Shown here: in pieces, positions 10,409 to 20,060 of the stretch
Layout of the letters: each line of letters starts with the position of its first letter
How positions within the stretch are numbered: the stretch's first letter is position 1
Source of the DNA: Gammaproteobacteria bacterium
GTDB taxonomy: Bacteria; Pseudomonadota; Gammaproteobacteria; 21-64-14
Reading direction: 5' to 3'
Length of the DNA: 64,000 nt
NCBI GenBank assembly: GCA_027013145.1
Contig: JALUXX010000016.1
Coordinates: 22,983-86,982 of the forward strand
Made by a program: the position numbers and the translations under genes
Notes under the pieces: model-generated
The model's database searches: none
The model's input: only the letters and a program-made list of their open reading frames with translations
Told to the model about the DNA's origin: nothing

Positions 10409-10672
10409 ATGAGCGAGCACTGGCAGGAACGTGACCGGCCACCCCGGCTCGAGCGGCGTTACGGGTTTGCGGACTACTCCGCACTGCGTGACTTTCTCGA
10501 TCGGGCGGCGGCCTTGTCGGAGCGCGAGGGTTTCTATCCGGACATGGGCTTCGGGCGCGACTACGTGAACGTGACGATCCACGCGGAGGAAGGGGCCGGG
10601 GAGCTGAGTTCCGACCGGCGGCGCTTCGCCGAGGCGCTCGACAAGCTGCAGGCGCCGGCGCCGGTGGATTGA
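10409..10672 (+). CDS. Pterin-4a-carbinolamine dehydratase-like RuBisCO assembly factor (acRAF)
   Basis: 87 aa PCD/DCoH-like fold pattern (GFADYSALRDFLD, EGFYPDMGFGRDYVNVTIH). Conserved position downstream of bfr-like in alpha-carboxysome loci. GGAGGG RBS. Confidence 0.7.
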   Translation: MSEHWQERDRPPRLERRYGFADYSALRDFLDRAAALSEREGFYPDMGFGRDYVNVTIHAEEGAGELSSDRRRFAEALDKLQAPAPVD

Positions 10673-10679
10673 CCGGGAC

Positions 10680-11306
10680 ATGACGGTCATCGCGCTGGTA
10701 GGCAACAAGGGCGGCGCAGGGAAGACCACGATCGCCGTCAACCTCGCCAGCGCGCTGGCCCGGAACGGGTCCACTGCCGTATTCGACTCCGATCCGCAGG
10801 GTTCGGTGCTGCAGTGGCAGGCGATCGCGGGGCCGGATCGGGCGCCGATCGTCGTCGATACCGCCGACGGTCTGGAGGATGTGTTCGCGCGCAGCGCCCA
10901 CCGCTATGGGCACGTGATCATCGATTGCCCGCCCTCGGTCCACGCGACCCAAACTCATGTCGCCCTGGCGGTGAGCGAGGTCGCCCTGGTGCCGGTGCAG
11001 CCGTCCCCGCTGGATCTATGGGCCACGGTCCATATCGAGCATGCCATCGAGGCGGCGCGGCGTGTCAATCCGGGATTGAGGGCATTGCTGGTGATCAATC
11101 AACTCGAGTCGCGGACCACGCTGTCGCGGCTGATGCGCGACGCCCTGGCGGAGCTCGAGCTGCCGGCGGCGCGCACCGCCATCCGCAGACGTGCCGTCTA
11201 CCGGGCGAGCGTCCTCGAGGGGAAGAGCGTCCTGGACATGGGGCGGCGCGGCGCGGCCGCAGCCGCGGAGATTCGATCGCTGCTCAGCGAGGTGACGACA
11301 CCATGA
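10680..11306 (+). CDS. mcdA: ParA-family ATPase McdA (maintenance of carboxysome distribution)
   Basis: Deviant Walker A (GNKGGAGKTT) and ParA/MinD fold. Sits in the carboxysome operon, followed by a small disordered partner gene. Confidence 0.75.
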   Translation: MTVIALVGNKGGAGKTTIAVNLASALARNGSTAVFDSDPQGSVLQWQAIAGPDRAPIVVDTADGLEDVFARSAHRYGHVIIDCPPSVHATQTHVALAVSEVALVPVQPSPLDLWATVHIEHAIEAARRVNPGLRALLVINQLESRTTLSRLMRDALAELELPAARTAIRRRAVYRASVLEGKSVLDMGRRGAAAAAEIRSLLSEVTTP

Positions 11307-11533
11307 GTACTTCCGACAAGACCGGCCGGAAACTGGTCGATTCGCTGCGTAAGACGAAGGCCGCGGCCGCCGGCAAAGATACGGCATCGCCCGCGGAGGG
11401 AGAGGCCTCATCCGGGTCACCGGAGGGGGCGACGGGGGCGAAGGGGTCGAATCCGGCACGGCGTGCCGCCGCCCGGAGCGCGGGCGCAGCGGGCGATCCC
11501 TATCAAAGCGGCGGGCGGGTATGGCCGGATTGA
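11303..11533 (+). CDS. mcdB: McdB-like partner protein of McdA (small, disordered, conserved C-terminal Trp)
   Basis: 76 aa of low-complexity, basic/Ala/Gly-rich sequence ending GGRVWPD. Its ATG overlaps the mcdA stop. Alpha-type McdB proteins are short, disordered and carry an invariant C-terminal tryptophan. Confidence 0.5.
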   Translation: MSTSDKTGRKLVDSLRKTKAAAAGKDTASPAEGEASSGSPEGATGAKGSNPARRAAARSAGAAGDPYQSGGRVWPD

Positions 11534-11575
11534 GCCGATGCCGACCCGCGAGTCTGACCTGCTGATGGCGGAGCC

Positions 11576-13258
11576 ATGAAGGCGCTGGTCGTCGCCGTGG
11601 CGGCGGTGCCGTTCGCATCCGCGCTGCTGGTTCAGTTGTTCGGCGCGCGCCTGAGGCGGGGGGCGGCCCGCGTCAGTGTGGGCGCCGTTGCGCTTACCTT
11701 CGTCCTCGCCGCGGCAACGCTCGCCCTGGCGTTGGACGGTCACGCGCCCGCGCAATTCGCGCTGGCACGTCAGTGGGGGATACTTCTCTTCGACCCCCTG
11801 AGCACCTTGATGGCCGTGGTGATATCGGGAATCAGCCTCGTCGTCCATGTCTACTCGGTCCGCTATATGGCCGAAGAGCCCGGCTATGCGCGCTTCTTCG
11901 TCCTGTTGGACCTCATGACGGGCACGCTGCTGGTGATGGTGGCGGCCGGCGATCTGATCACGCTGCTGGCCGCTTGGCACCTGATCGGTGTGCTCCTCTA
12001 TTTCCTGCTCGGACACGATGCCCGCAGCCGCGCGGCCCACCGCTACGCGTCGTGGACCCTGATCACCTACCGGCTTGGCGATTTGCCGCTGGTGCTCGCG
12101 GCCGGCCTGCTCTATCACGCGTACGGAACGTGGTCGTTGCCGAAGATCTTCGCCGCGATCGGCACCGATCCGCGCGCCCACGCCGTTCTGGGCGTACCGT
12201 TGCCGGAGGTCGTGGCGGCCCTCGTCGCGCTCGCCGCGTTCGCGCGTTCCGCCCAGTTCCTCCTCCATACCTGGCTCCCCTACACGATGTCGGGCCCGAC
12301 CCCGGTTTCGGCCCTGATGCATGCGGGGATCGTGAATGCGGGGGGGTTCCTGATCAACCGGTTCGCACCCGTGTTCGTTCACACGGCCGACGTACTGCCC
12401 GGCGTCTTCATCGTCGGGTTGATCACCGCGCTGATCGGGTCGAGCCTCATGCTGACCCAGAACGACATCAAAAAGTCGCTGGGCTACTCCACCATGGGGC
12501 AGATGGGCTTCATGATCATGGAGTGCGGCGTGGGCGCCTTCGCGCTGGCCATCTTTCATCTGATATCACACGGTCTGTTCAAGGGGACCTTGTTTCTGGG
12601 TGCGGGAGGGGTCATCCATTCGGCCCGCGAAGACGACGGGGTGCCCAAAGACGATCTCTACACCTTCGTCGTCGAGAAGCGCCCGGCCAATCAACGCCGA
12701 CCCTGGATCCTGATGGCGGCGATCACTCTCGCCGTTCCGGTGGTGATCCTGATGGCGGCGCACTTCCTCGTGTCCCAGGATTATTTCCAGGAGCAGGGCG
12801 CGATCGTGCTCCTGTTTTTCGGCTGGATCACGGGAGCGCAGTTGATATTCGCGACCTACCGCATGCGCGCGCAGAACTTCTGGCGGCTGGTGGTGCTGAG
12901 CGTCTTCTCGTTTGCGATCGTGATCGTCGGCTATACGCTGATCAGCCACGCCTTCGATCTCTTCCTGTATCCGGACGCGTCGTTCCGGCGCGGACTGTTC
13001 GCCGCGGCCGATATCGGTGCCGTGAGATTCGACGCCCTGGTCGGCCTCGTGACCGTTTCCATCGTCGCCGGCTGGGTGTTCACCTACTACTCCGAGCAGG
13101 GGAGGGGGCGGCGCCGGGAGGTCCGGGCGGGGCGTTGGTGGTCGACCCTGTACGCCCTCGGCTCCCGGGAATTTTTTTTGACCGACTTGTATACGCGCCT
13201 GGCGCGGGCGCTCGAGGCTGCGGCTACACGGCTCAACGTATGGTTGAGGTGGGTCTGA
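11576..13258 (+). CDS. dabB: DabB, the NuoL/MrpA-like proton-pumping membrane subunit of a DAB inorganic-carbon accumulation complex
   Basis: 560 aa with ~14 TM helices and complex I antiporter-like motifs (WHLIGVLLYFLLGH, THAGIVNAGGFL, LISHGLFKGTLFLGAG). Followed by a DUF2309 (DabA) gene. Confidence 0.75.
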   Translation: MKALVVAVAAVPFASALLVQLFGARLRRGAARVSVGAVALTFVLAAATLALALDGHAPAQFALARQWGILLFDPLSTLMAVVISGISLVVHVYSVRYMAEEPGYARFFVLLDLMTGTLLVMVAAGDLITLLAAWHLIGVLLYFLLGHDARSRAAHRYASWTLITYRLGDLPLVLAAGLLYHAYGTWSLPKIFAAIGTDPRAHAVLGVPLPEVVAALVALAAFARSAQFLLHTWLPYTMSGPTPVSALMHAGIVNAGGFLINRFAPVFVHTADVLPGVFIVGLITALIGSSLMLTQNDIKKSLGYSTMGQMGFMIMECGVGAFALAIFHLISHGLFKGTLFLGAGGVIHSAREDDGVPKDDLYTFVVEKRPANQRRPWILMAAITLAVPVVILMAAHFLVSQDYFQEQGAIVLLFFGWITGAQLIFATYRMRAQNFWRLVVLSVFSFAIVIVGYTLISHAFDLFLYPDASFRRGLFAAADIGAVRFDALVGLVTVSIVAGWVFTYYSEQGRGRRREVRAGRWWSTLYALGSREFFLTDLYTRLARALEAAATRLNVWLRWV

Positions 13259-13259
13259 T

Positions 13260-14024
13260 ATGGGTACGCCGGGTCTTTGGAGCGTCGCGATCTTTCTGCC
13301 GCTCTTTCCGCTGAGCGTGATCTTCAATGCGCTGTTCGCCCGGGTCGGCAATGCGCCGATGCGGGCGATTATCCTGCTCGCATGGCCGCAGGTCGGACTC
13401 GTCCTGTTCGGAATTTTGCCGCCCGGGCGGGTAGCCGGGGGGGTGGTCGCGTTGGCGGTGCTGGGGTCGCTCCTCTACGCGTTCCGCGCGATCGCGCTGC
13501 GGGATGTGGACCGCTGGACCGGCTACATCGCGACTTCCGCATGGGCGCTGTTGTGGCCGGCTCTCGCACATCACGCAGCGATCGACACCCTGCGGCTCTA
13601 CGCGTTGGGTTTCAGCGTTCCACTGGCGCTGTTGGTACTGGTGGCCGACGCACTGAAGCGGCGCTTCGGGGCCGCGTACGCCGGACTCTATGGCGGAACC
13701 GTGCGGATGCTTCCGAGGCTGGCCGGCGCGACGGCGCTGGTGGTGCTGGCGGCGGTCGCGGTGCCGTTGTTTCCGGGCTTCTTCGCGCTGGTGGCGGTCA
13801 TGGTTACGACGATTCCGGAGCAGCCGTGGCTCGCGGTGTGCGTCGGGCTCACGTGGCTGCTTTGGACCTGGGGCGGAATCCGGCTGCTGCAGGGATTGAT
13901 CGTGGGTCCGGGTGAGGCGGTTGCGCCGGTCGCGGATCTGAGTCGCGTCGAGTTCGGATTCTACGTCCTGACGCTCGCCCTGCTGATTGCCGGTGCGTTG
14001 CGGCTGCCGGGGGTGACGGCATGA
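13260..14024 (+). CDS. Hypothetical polytopic membrane protein encoded between dabB and dabA
   Basis: 254 aa with ~7 predicted TM segments and high GC3. Translationally coupled: it starts 2 nt after the dabB stop and overlaps the dabA start by 4 nt. No motif I can assign. Confidence 0.5.
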   Translation: MGTPGLWSVAIFLPLFPLSVIFNALFARVGNAPMRAIILLAWPQVGLVLFGILPPGRVAGGVVALAVLGSLLYAFRAIALRDVDRWTGYIATSAWALLWPALAHHAAIDTLRLYALGFSVPLALLVLVADALKRRFGAAYAGLYGGTVRMLPRLAGATALVVLAAVAVPLFPGFFALVAVMVTTIPEQPWLAVCVGLTWLLWTWGGIRLLQGLIVGPGEAVAPVADLSRVEFGFYVLTLALLIAGALRLPGVTA

Positions 14025-17000
14025 GTCTGAGGCTCGGGCAGACGCTGAAGATCCGCGCCATGGCCTACGTCGCGGGCGAGCCGATCCCGTTCTTCTGGCC
14101 GATGCGTTCCTTCATTCATCACAATCCGCTCCATGGCCTCGAACACCATCCGTTTCCGGAGGCGGTGGCGCGCGGTGAGCGGCTCTTTCAGGCCCGCGGC
14201 TTCCTTCCGCGGAGCGGATATCAACGGTATCTGCGCCTCGGCAAGGTCGACCGGGCGGCGCTCGGCGCCGGGGTGGAGGCCTTCCTGGCGCAACGGGAGG
14301 CGGTGGCGGGGATCGATCTTCCCAAGTGGATTCTTGCGCTGATGACGCGCATGGATCGGCCGGTCGTCGCGGGGAGCGGACTCGCCCGTGAGGCCGACGT
14401 CGTGGTCGCCCTGCGGGGCGGTCCCATCCGCGGGACGGTTCCGGGAGCGGATCATGTGCGCGCGCGTCTGCGCGAGGAGCTGCTGGATTCGCGCCCGGTC
14501 TACGAGGCGGTCGACCTCCTGTTCGGTACCGGGGTCGGCGCGGAACTGGACGAACTGGTGATCAAAAGCTGCCTCGATTTCTTCGACGAGGGTCAGTCGG
14601 TGTGGTCGATGCCGGGGCGCGAGCGGGGATTTTTCGCCGCCTGGCGGGAGATTGCGCGGCGCAGCGGGCGTCTGTACCTGCGCGGACTCCACATCGGGCG
14701 CATCCTGCGCGACGAGGAGGGCCCGGAGGCGGTGATCGTACGCGTCATGGAGACGCTCGGCGTGGGCGAGGGGCGGTGGACGACCTACTTCACCCGCGAG
14801 CTGGCGCGTCTTCACGGCTGGGCCGGCTTCATCCGGTGGCGGTCGGGCGCAAGGCACTATTACTGGGCGCAGCGCTATCCGGCCGATCTCGTGGATTTCC
14901 TCGCTGTGCGACTGGCGCTCGGGCTCGCGCTGCTCGGCGAGCGGGCCCGGACCGGGCCCACGACGGAGCCGGAACTGGAGCGGTTCATCGAGGACCGGTG
15001 GCGCGAGGCGTATCTGCGTCACGAGCTGTTTTCCGGGGCGGTGCTGCCGGCGATGGCGGCCCGGGTGGAACGTACCCTCGCGGCCGGACGGCCCGCACGG
15101 ATCGAGCGGCTCTACGAGGAGTATGTTGCCGCGAAGCGGGCCGAGGAGGCACGCGATCAGGCCGAGCGTCTTCAGGTTCTTGCCGCAATGAGTGATGGGC
15201 AGGAGGCGCTCTCGCGCTTGTCCGCCGAAGACCTGGGGCGCCTAGTCGGGATCCTGAGAGACTTCGAGCGCGGCGAAGGGATGATCTGGTTGAACGCCAT
15301 GGAGAATCGCGCCGTCGAGCGCCTGCTCGGGGGCATCCGGCCCGGCGCCCCACCGGCCGACGGGAAGCGGCCGTTCGCCCAGGCGCTGTTTTGTATCGAC
15401 ACGCGGTCGGAGCGCATCCGGCGTCACCTTGAGGGCGTCGGGGACTACGAGACCTACGGCATCGCGGGATTTTTCGGCGTTCCCGTCAGTTTCATGGAGC
15501 TGGGCAAAGGCAGCGAAGTGCATCTCTGCCCGGTTCTGCTCACGCCGAAGAACCTGGTAATGGAAATCGCGGTCGCCCAAGGCAACGACGACGTTACGGC
15601 GCTCACCGTGTTGGAGAAGGCTTTCCACGAACTGAAGGAATCGGTCCTGAGTCCGTTCGTGACCGTCGAGGCGATCGGCCTGCTCTTCGGTTTCGATATG
15701 GTAGGCAAGACCCTGCTGCCCGAGCGCTACAACCGCTGGCGCAAGCGGTTGCACCAGCGCAAGCCGCGCACCCATCTGCTGCTGGACAAGCTCAGCCGCG
15801 AGCAGGCCGATTCCGTTATCCGCGCGGTGCAGCGCGCCGTGATTGCGAAGGCGATTGCGCAGGAGTTCGGCCTGGAGGCCGAGCAGATCCACGATGCCGT
15901 GGTTCGCGAGCTGCGCGAGGTCGCGATGGGGCATGCCCAGGGGGCCCCGAAGCTGGCGGCGATGCTGGGGCTGGACGCTACGTCCGAACAGGCGTTCATC
16001 GGCCGGCTGCGGACCGTATACCGCATCAATCCATCCGTGGTGCGGCTCCAGATGGAGCGACTGGGTCGGCTCGGCTTCAGCCTCGACGAGCAGGTGGTCT
16101 TCGTCGCCCAGGCCCTCAAGGCCATCGGTCTGACGGAGAACTTCTCGCGATTCGTGTTGCTGGTAGGGCACGGCAGTACGTCGGAGAACAATCCCTACGA
16201 GTCCGCGCTCGACTGCGGCGCCTGCGGCGGGAATCAGGGACTGGTGAACGCCAGGGTCCTCGCCCAGATGGCGAACAAGCCGGCCGTGCGGCGTAGGCTG
16301 CGCGAGCAGGGGATCGATATTCCGGAGGACACTTGGTTCTTCCCGGCGCTGCACGATACCACGACCGACGAGTTGCGGCTGTTCGACCTCGACCGGGTGC
16401 CCGCCTCCCATGTCGTGTACATGGATCGGCTGCGCAAAGGGTTGCTCGCCGCATCCAGACTGTGCACGCAGGAGCGGATGCCGACGCTGCTGCCGTCGCC
16501 CGCCTCCCTCTCTCCGGCGGCCGCGTCGCGATATGCGGCACGCAACGCGCTCGATTGGTCCCAGGTGCGCCCGGAATGGGGGCTTGCGGGCAACGCATAC
16601 TTCATCATCGGCCGTCGTGCGTTGACGCAATCGTTCGCGCTCGAGGGGCGCGCGTTTCTGCATTCCTACGACTACCGTATCGATCCGAAGCGGCGGCTGC
16701 TGGAGACCATCCTGACCGGGCCCCTGGTGGTCGGCCAGTGGATCAACATGGAGCATTATTTTTCCACCGTGGACAATGAACGCTTCGGCAGCGGCAGCAA
16801 GGCCTACCACAACGTGGCCGGCCGCTTCGGGGTGATGACCGGGAATCTGAGCGATCTGCGCACCGGGCTCCCGGCTCAGACGGTGCTCGATCGCGGGTTC
16901 CCGTATCACGAGCCGCTGCGACTGATTACGGTGATCGAGGCCCCGTTCGATCACGCTTGGCGCGCCGTGGAGGAGGTATCCGTGGTCAAGTATCTCGTGC

Positions 17001-17137
17001 GAAACGGCTGGATTCGCCTGTTGATCGTGGATCCGGAGCGCCATTGCGTCGACGTGTACGAGGACGCGGCCTGGAGCCGGCGGCCGTTCCCGGGGACCGT
17101 TCAGTCGCAGCCGGCCGAGGAGTCCGTGCCATCATGA
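14021..17137 (+). CDS. dabA: DabA (DUF2309), the beta-carbonic-anhydrase-like catalytic subunit of the DAB inorganic-carbon pump
   Basis: 1038 aa, the size and composition of DabA/DUF2309. Contains a C-x-D-x-R-type motif (FCIDTRSERIRRHLE) and a later His/Cys motif resembling beta-CA zinc ligands. Paired with a NuoL-like gene. Confidence 0.75.
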   Translation: MSLRLGQTLKIRAMAYVAGEPIPFFWPMRSFIHHNPLHGLEHHPFPEAVARGERLFQARGFLPRSGYQRYLRLGKVDRAALGAGVEAFLAQREAVAGIDLPKWILALMTRMDRPVVAGSGLAREADVVVALRGGPIRGTVPGADHVRARLREELLDSRPVYEAVDLLFGTGVGAELDELVIKSCLDFFDEGQSVWSMPGRERGFFAAWREIARRSGRLYLRGLHIGRILRDEEGPEAVIVRVMETLGVGEGRWTTYFTRELARLHGWAGFIRWRSGARHYYWAQRYPADLVDFLAVRLALGLALLGERARTGPTTEPELERFIEDRWREAYLRHELFSGAVLPAMAARVERTLAAGRPARIERLYEEYVAAKRAEEARDQAERLQVLAAMSDGQEALSRLSAEDLGRLVGILRDFERGEGMIWLNAMENRAVERLLGGIRPGAPPADGKRPFAQALFCIDTRSERIRRHLEGVGDYETYGIAGFFGVPVSFMELGKGSEVHLCPVLLTPKNLVMEIAVAQGNDDVTALTVLEKAFHELKESVLSPFVTVEAIGLLFGFDMVGKTLLPERYNRWRKRLHQRKPRTHLLLDKLSREQADSVIRAVQRAVIAKAIAQEFGLEAEQIHDAVVRELREVAMGHAQGAPKLAAMLGLDATSEQAFIGRLRTVYRINPSVVRLQMERLGRLGFSLDEQVVFVAQALKAIGLTENFSRFVLLVGHGSTSENNPYESALDCGACGGNQGLVNARVLAQMANKPAVRRRLREQGIDIPEDTWFFPALHDTTTDELRLFDLDRVPASHVVYMDRLRKGLLAASRLCTQERMPTLLPSPASLSPAAASRYAARNALDWSQVRPEWGLAGNAYFIIGRRALTQSFALEGRAFLHSYDYRIDPKRRLLETILTGPLVVGQWINMEHYFSTVDNERFGSGSKAYHNVAGRFGVMTGNLSDLRTGLPAQTVLDRGFPYHEPLRLITVIEAPFDHAWRAVEEVSVVKYLVRNGWIRLLIVDPERHCVDVYEDAAWSRRPFPGTVQSQPAEESVPS

Positions 17138-17460
17138 AGAACCTGAACCTGAGCCCCCTCAAGAAGCTGGAAATCATCCTCGGCGGCGAACACCAGGCGT
17201 TCGCCACCGACGTTCTGGATCGCGCCGGCGTCAAAGGCTATACGATCGTCAACAACCTTTCGGGAAAAGGCAGTCATGGCTTTCACGAGGGACACCTCAT
17301 GTTCAATGAGGACGATGTCCTGATCATGATCATTGCGGCCGTCCCGGCGGATCTGGTCACTGCGATCCTCGAGGGGCTCGCGCCCTTTTACAACGAGCAT
17401 TCCGGAGTGGTGTTCATTTCGGACATTCAGGTGACCCGGTTGGTGAAATTCAGCGGTTGA
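17134..17460 (+). CDS. PII-like signalling protein, carboxysome-associated CPII type
   Basis: 108 aa with the GlnB-like fold pattern (KLEIILGGEHQAFATDVLDRAGVKGYTIV...GKGSHG). Its ATG overlaps the dabA stop. CPII proteins are encoded next to carbon-transporter genes in cso loci. Confidence 0.7.
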   Translation: MKNLNLSPLKKLEIILGGEHQAFATDVLDRAGVKGYTIVNNLSGKGSHGFHEGHLMFNEDDVLIMIIAAVPADLVTAILEGLAPFYNEHSGVVFISDIQVTRLVKFSG

Positions 17461-17602
17461 GCGCCGGGCGTGCATCGTGCCCCGCGAGCAGCCCCGAGCG
17501 GCGGTAGTACAGTGACACGACCCTTCGGGCGCCGGCCCTGCGAGCGGGGCGGCGGCCGGACGACTGCGGCCCGAGGTGCGGAGGCACCAACCCTGCGCGA
17601 CC

Positions 17603-18217
17603 ATGATTCAGCTACGTACATACGTCTACATCGACTCTCTGCAGCCGCAGCTCGCTGAGTATATGGCGACCGTATCGCAGGGGTTTCTGCCCGTTCCGGG
17701 CGACGCGTGCCTGTGGGTGGAGGTCTCTCCGGGCATGGCGATTCACCGGTTGACGGACATCGCCTTGAAGGCGACGCGGGTCAATCTGGCGCAGCAGGTG
17801 GTGGAGCGGGCGTACGGATCGATGGTGATCCATCATCGCGACCAGAGCGACGTCCAGGAAGCCGGTAGGGTCATCCTGCATCACCTCGGCGCGTCGGTGG
17901 AGGACCGCCAGCACTGCGATATCGCCTGGCAGGAAGTGATCCGGGGGATGACCCCCGATCACACCGTGCTCATCAACCGGCAGAACCGCCGCGGTTCGAT
18001 GATGCTTCCGGAGCAGAGTATGTTCATCCTGGAGACGGAGCCCGCCGGGTACGTCGTCTATGCGGCGAATCAGGCGGAGAAGGCGGCCAACATCACCCTG
18101 ATCGACGTACGCGCGGTCGGCGCCTACGGGCGCCTGACGCTGTCGGGGCACGAGGCGGATGTGGACGAGGCCGCGGCCGCGGCGATCGCGGCGGTGCAAC
18201 GTCCCTCGGGGACCTGA
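17603..18217 (+). CDS. Putative tandem-BMC-domain shell protein (CsoS1D-like, BMC-T)
   Basis: Two degenerate BMC-like segments ([26 protein letters not shown] and [28 protein letters not shown]). The position after CPII matches csoS1D in other alpha-carboxysome loci. The alternative start at 17576 is not excluded. Confidence 0.5.
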   Translation: MIQLRTYVYIDSLQPQLAEYMATVSQGFLPVPGDACLWVEVSPGMAIHRLTDIALKATRVNLAQQVVERAYGSMVIHHRDQSDVQEAGRVILHHLGASVEDRQHCDIAWQEVIRGMTPDHTVLINRQNRRGSMMLPEQSMFILETEPAGYVVYAANQAEKAANITLIDVRAVGAYGRLTLSGHEADVDEAAAAAIAAVQRPSGT

Positions 18218-18220
18218 GCC

Positions 18221-18826
18221 GTGCACCGTCGCCGCCTGCTCGATCTGCTGTCCGCGCATCGCACGCCGTTTCTGGAGGAGGCGGCCTACGTCCGACGCGC
18301 CCGGGAGTTCATTTCCGCCCACCCGGGTTGCTTCGGCTGTGACTATTGGCCGGCGCACGTCACCGGCTCCTCGTGGGTGCTCAATCCGCGGCGCTCGCAC
18401 GTGCTGCTGGTGCATCACCGAAAGCACGGGCGCTGGTTTCAGCCGGGTGGGCACGCGGACGGGAATCCGGATATCCTCGCCGTCGCGCTGCGGGAGACCG
18501 CGGAGGAAAGCGGTGTCGCACCCGGCGCGATCCGGCTGCTGGACGAGCGCATCTTCGATCTGGACATCCACCGGATCCCGGCGAGCGTGCGCGGTCCGGC
18601 GCACGAGCACATCGATGTGCGTTTTCTGGTCGAGATCGACGACGGCGTCCCGCTGCGGGGCAGCGAGGAATCCTACGAGGTACGCTGGGTCCCGCTGCAC
18701 GAGGTCAGTCGCTACAACAACAATCGCTCGACGTTCCGCATGGTGGAGAAGACGCGACGACGGCGCGCGGCGGCGGCCAGCGGCGGGTTGCTGAACGGTG
18801 TTCGCGGCGGATCGGAGTTCGCCTGA
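18221..18826 (+). CDS. NUDIX hydrolase
   Basis: NUDIX box (GGHADGNPDILAVALRETAEESGV). GTG start. Confidence 0.7.
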   Translation: MHRRRLLDLLSAHRTPFLEEAAYVRRAREFISAHPGCFGCDYWPAHVTGSSWVLNPRRSHVLLVHHRKHGRWFQPGGHADGNPDILAVALRETAEESGVAPGAIRLLDERIFDLDIHRIPASVRGPAHEHIDVRFLVEIDDGVPLRGSEESYEVRWVPLHEVSRYNNNRSTFRMVEKTRRRRAAAASGGLLNGVRGGSEFA

Positions 18827-18876
18827 TCCAGGGGCGGCGGTGCCCGGGCGGGCTCGGTCGCGCGGAGGTCGGCGAT

Positions 18877-19797
18877 TCAGGCCGTCGCGGCCGCGTTTCC
18901 GCTCGCATGGCGGGACATCAGGAACTCCTTGAACGCCTGGGCGGCGGGCGAGAGCACCTTGTGATCCGGATAGACGAGGTACCACTGGCGTTCCAGCGGG
19001 AGGCCCTGAACGTCGAGTAATGCGAGGTCGCCGCGCGCCAGCTCGGCTTCGGCGGTGATCTTCGCGAGGATGGAGATCCCGAGCTTGCTCGACACGGTCT
19101 GCTTGATCGCCTCGTTGCTTCCGAGTTCCATGCGTGTGCGCGGCGCCGTTCCGTGACGCTGGAAGAAGGCCTCGCAGCCGAGGCGGGTCCCGGAGCCGCG
19201 CTCGCGCGCGATGAACGGCTCTTCGGCCAGCCGCTGCGGTGTGATCGATTTTTCGCGCGTCAGCGGGTGATCCGGGTGGGCGATGGCGACCATGGGGTTG
19301 GGCGCGAACGGGATGGCGACGACGTTCAGGTTGTCAGGGGGCTGACCGAGGACGTAGAGGTCGTCCTGGTTTTGCACCAGGCGTTCGAGCATCGCCTTGC
19401 GGTTGCCGACGAACAGGGATACCTCGATGCCGGGGTGTTGCGCGCTCAATTGCCCGAGGAGTTGCGGGATGAAGTATTTGGCGGTGGTCAGGATGGAGAC
19501 GCTGAGTGTGCCGCTCTCCAGGCCCTGTATGGCCGCGAGCTCCTGGGCGAGACGCTCCATCCGCGCGGCCACGTCGCGGCAGGCGGAGGCCATGACCTTG
19601 CCGGCCTGGGTGAGGTAGAGGCGCTTTCCGACCTGCTCGACCAGTGGCTGGCCGGCGGCTTCGGCGAGTTGCTTGACCTGGATCGAGACGGCGGGCGGCG
19701 TCAGGTGAAGCGCTTCGGCCGTGCGCGTGATGCTCATATGCCGCGCAAGGGCGTCGAAGATTCGCAACTGATGCAGGGTCGCGCGTCGGATGGACAT
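18877..19797 (-). CDS. cbbR: LysR-family transcriptional regulator, CbbR-like
   Basis: N-terminal HTH (LHQLRIFDALARHMSITRTAEALHLTPPAVSIQVKQLAE) and a LysR substrate-binding domain with the CbbR-like segment ELGSNEAIKQTVSSKLGISIL. Divergent from the aldolase gene. Confidence 0.6.
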   Translation of the reverse strand: MSIRRATLHQLRIFDALARHMSITRTAEALHLTPPAVSIQVKQLAEAAGQPLVEQVGKRLYLTQAGKVMASACRDVAARMERLAQELAAIQGLESGTLSVSILTTAKYFIPQLLGQLSAQHPGIEVSLFVGNRKAMLERLVQNQDDLYVLGQPPDNLNVVAIPFAPNPMVAIAHPDHPLTREKSITPQRLAEEPFIARERGSGTRLGCEAFFQRHGTAPRTRMELGSNEAIKQTVSSKLGISILAKITAEAELARGDLALLDVQGLPLERQWYLVYPDHKVLSPAAQAFKEFLMSRHASGNAAATA

Positions 19798-19846
19798 AGG
19801 TCCCTTGGAACTCTTTAAGAATTATTTAAACAAGAATTAATAAAAT

Positions 19847-19862
19847 TAAACTGTATTTTATC
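19847..19862. promoter_or_regulatory. TTAAACTGTATTTTAT motif in the AT-rich cbbR/aldolase divergent intergenic region; candidate CbbR operator
   Basis: Same core as the two cbbL-upstream motifs. Lies 65 nt upstream of the cbbR start on the opposite strand. Confidence 0.3.
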
Positions 19863-20060
19863 ACTGACCACCCATAAACTGCAACTTGTCCCGGGTCATC
19901 CTCCCCAGTCCGCCCGCGGGACGCCGCCCGCTTCCGTGCCTCGGGTCCACTCGTGGTGCGCGACGACAGCCGCGTCGCTGGGACGTGGCTTGGCGGTCTT
20001 TGGGGGCGACCCGAGGGTCGGGGTGCGAGCCGTGCGAGGCAGACGGCCAGGAGCGGTGTG

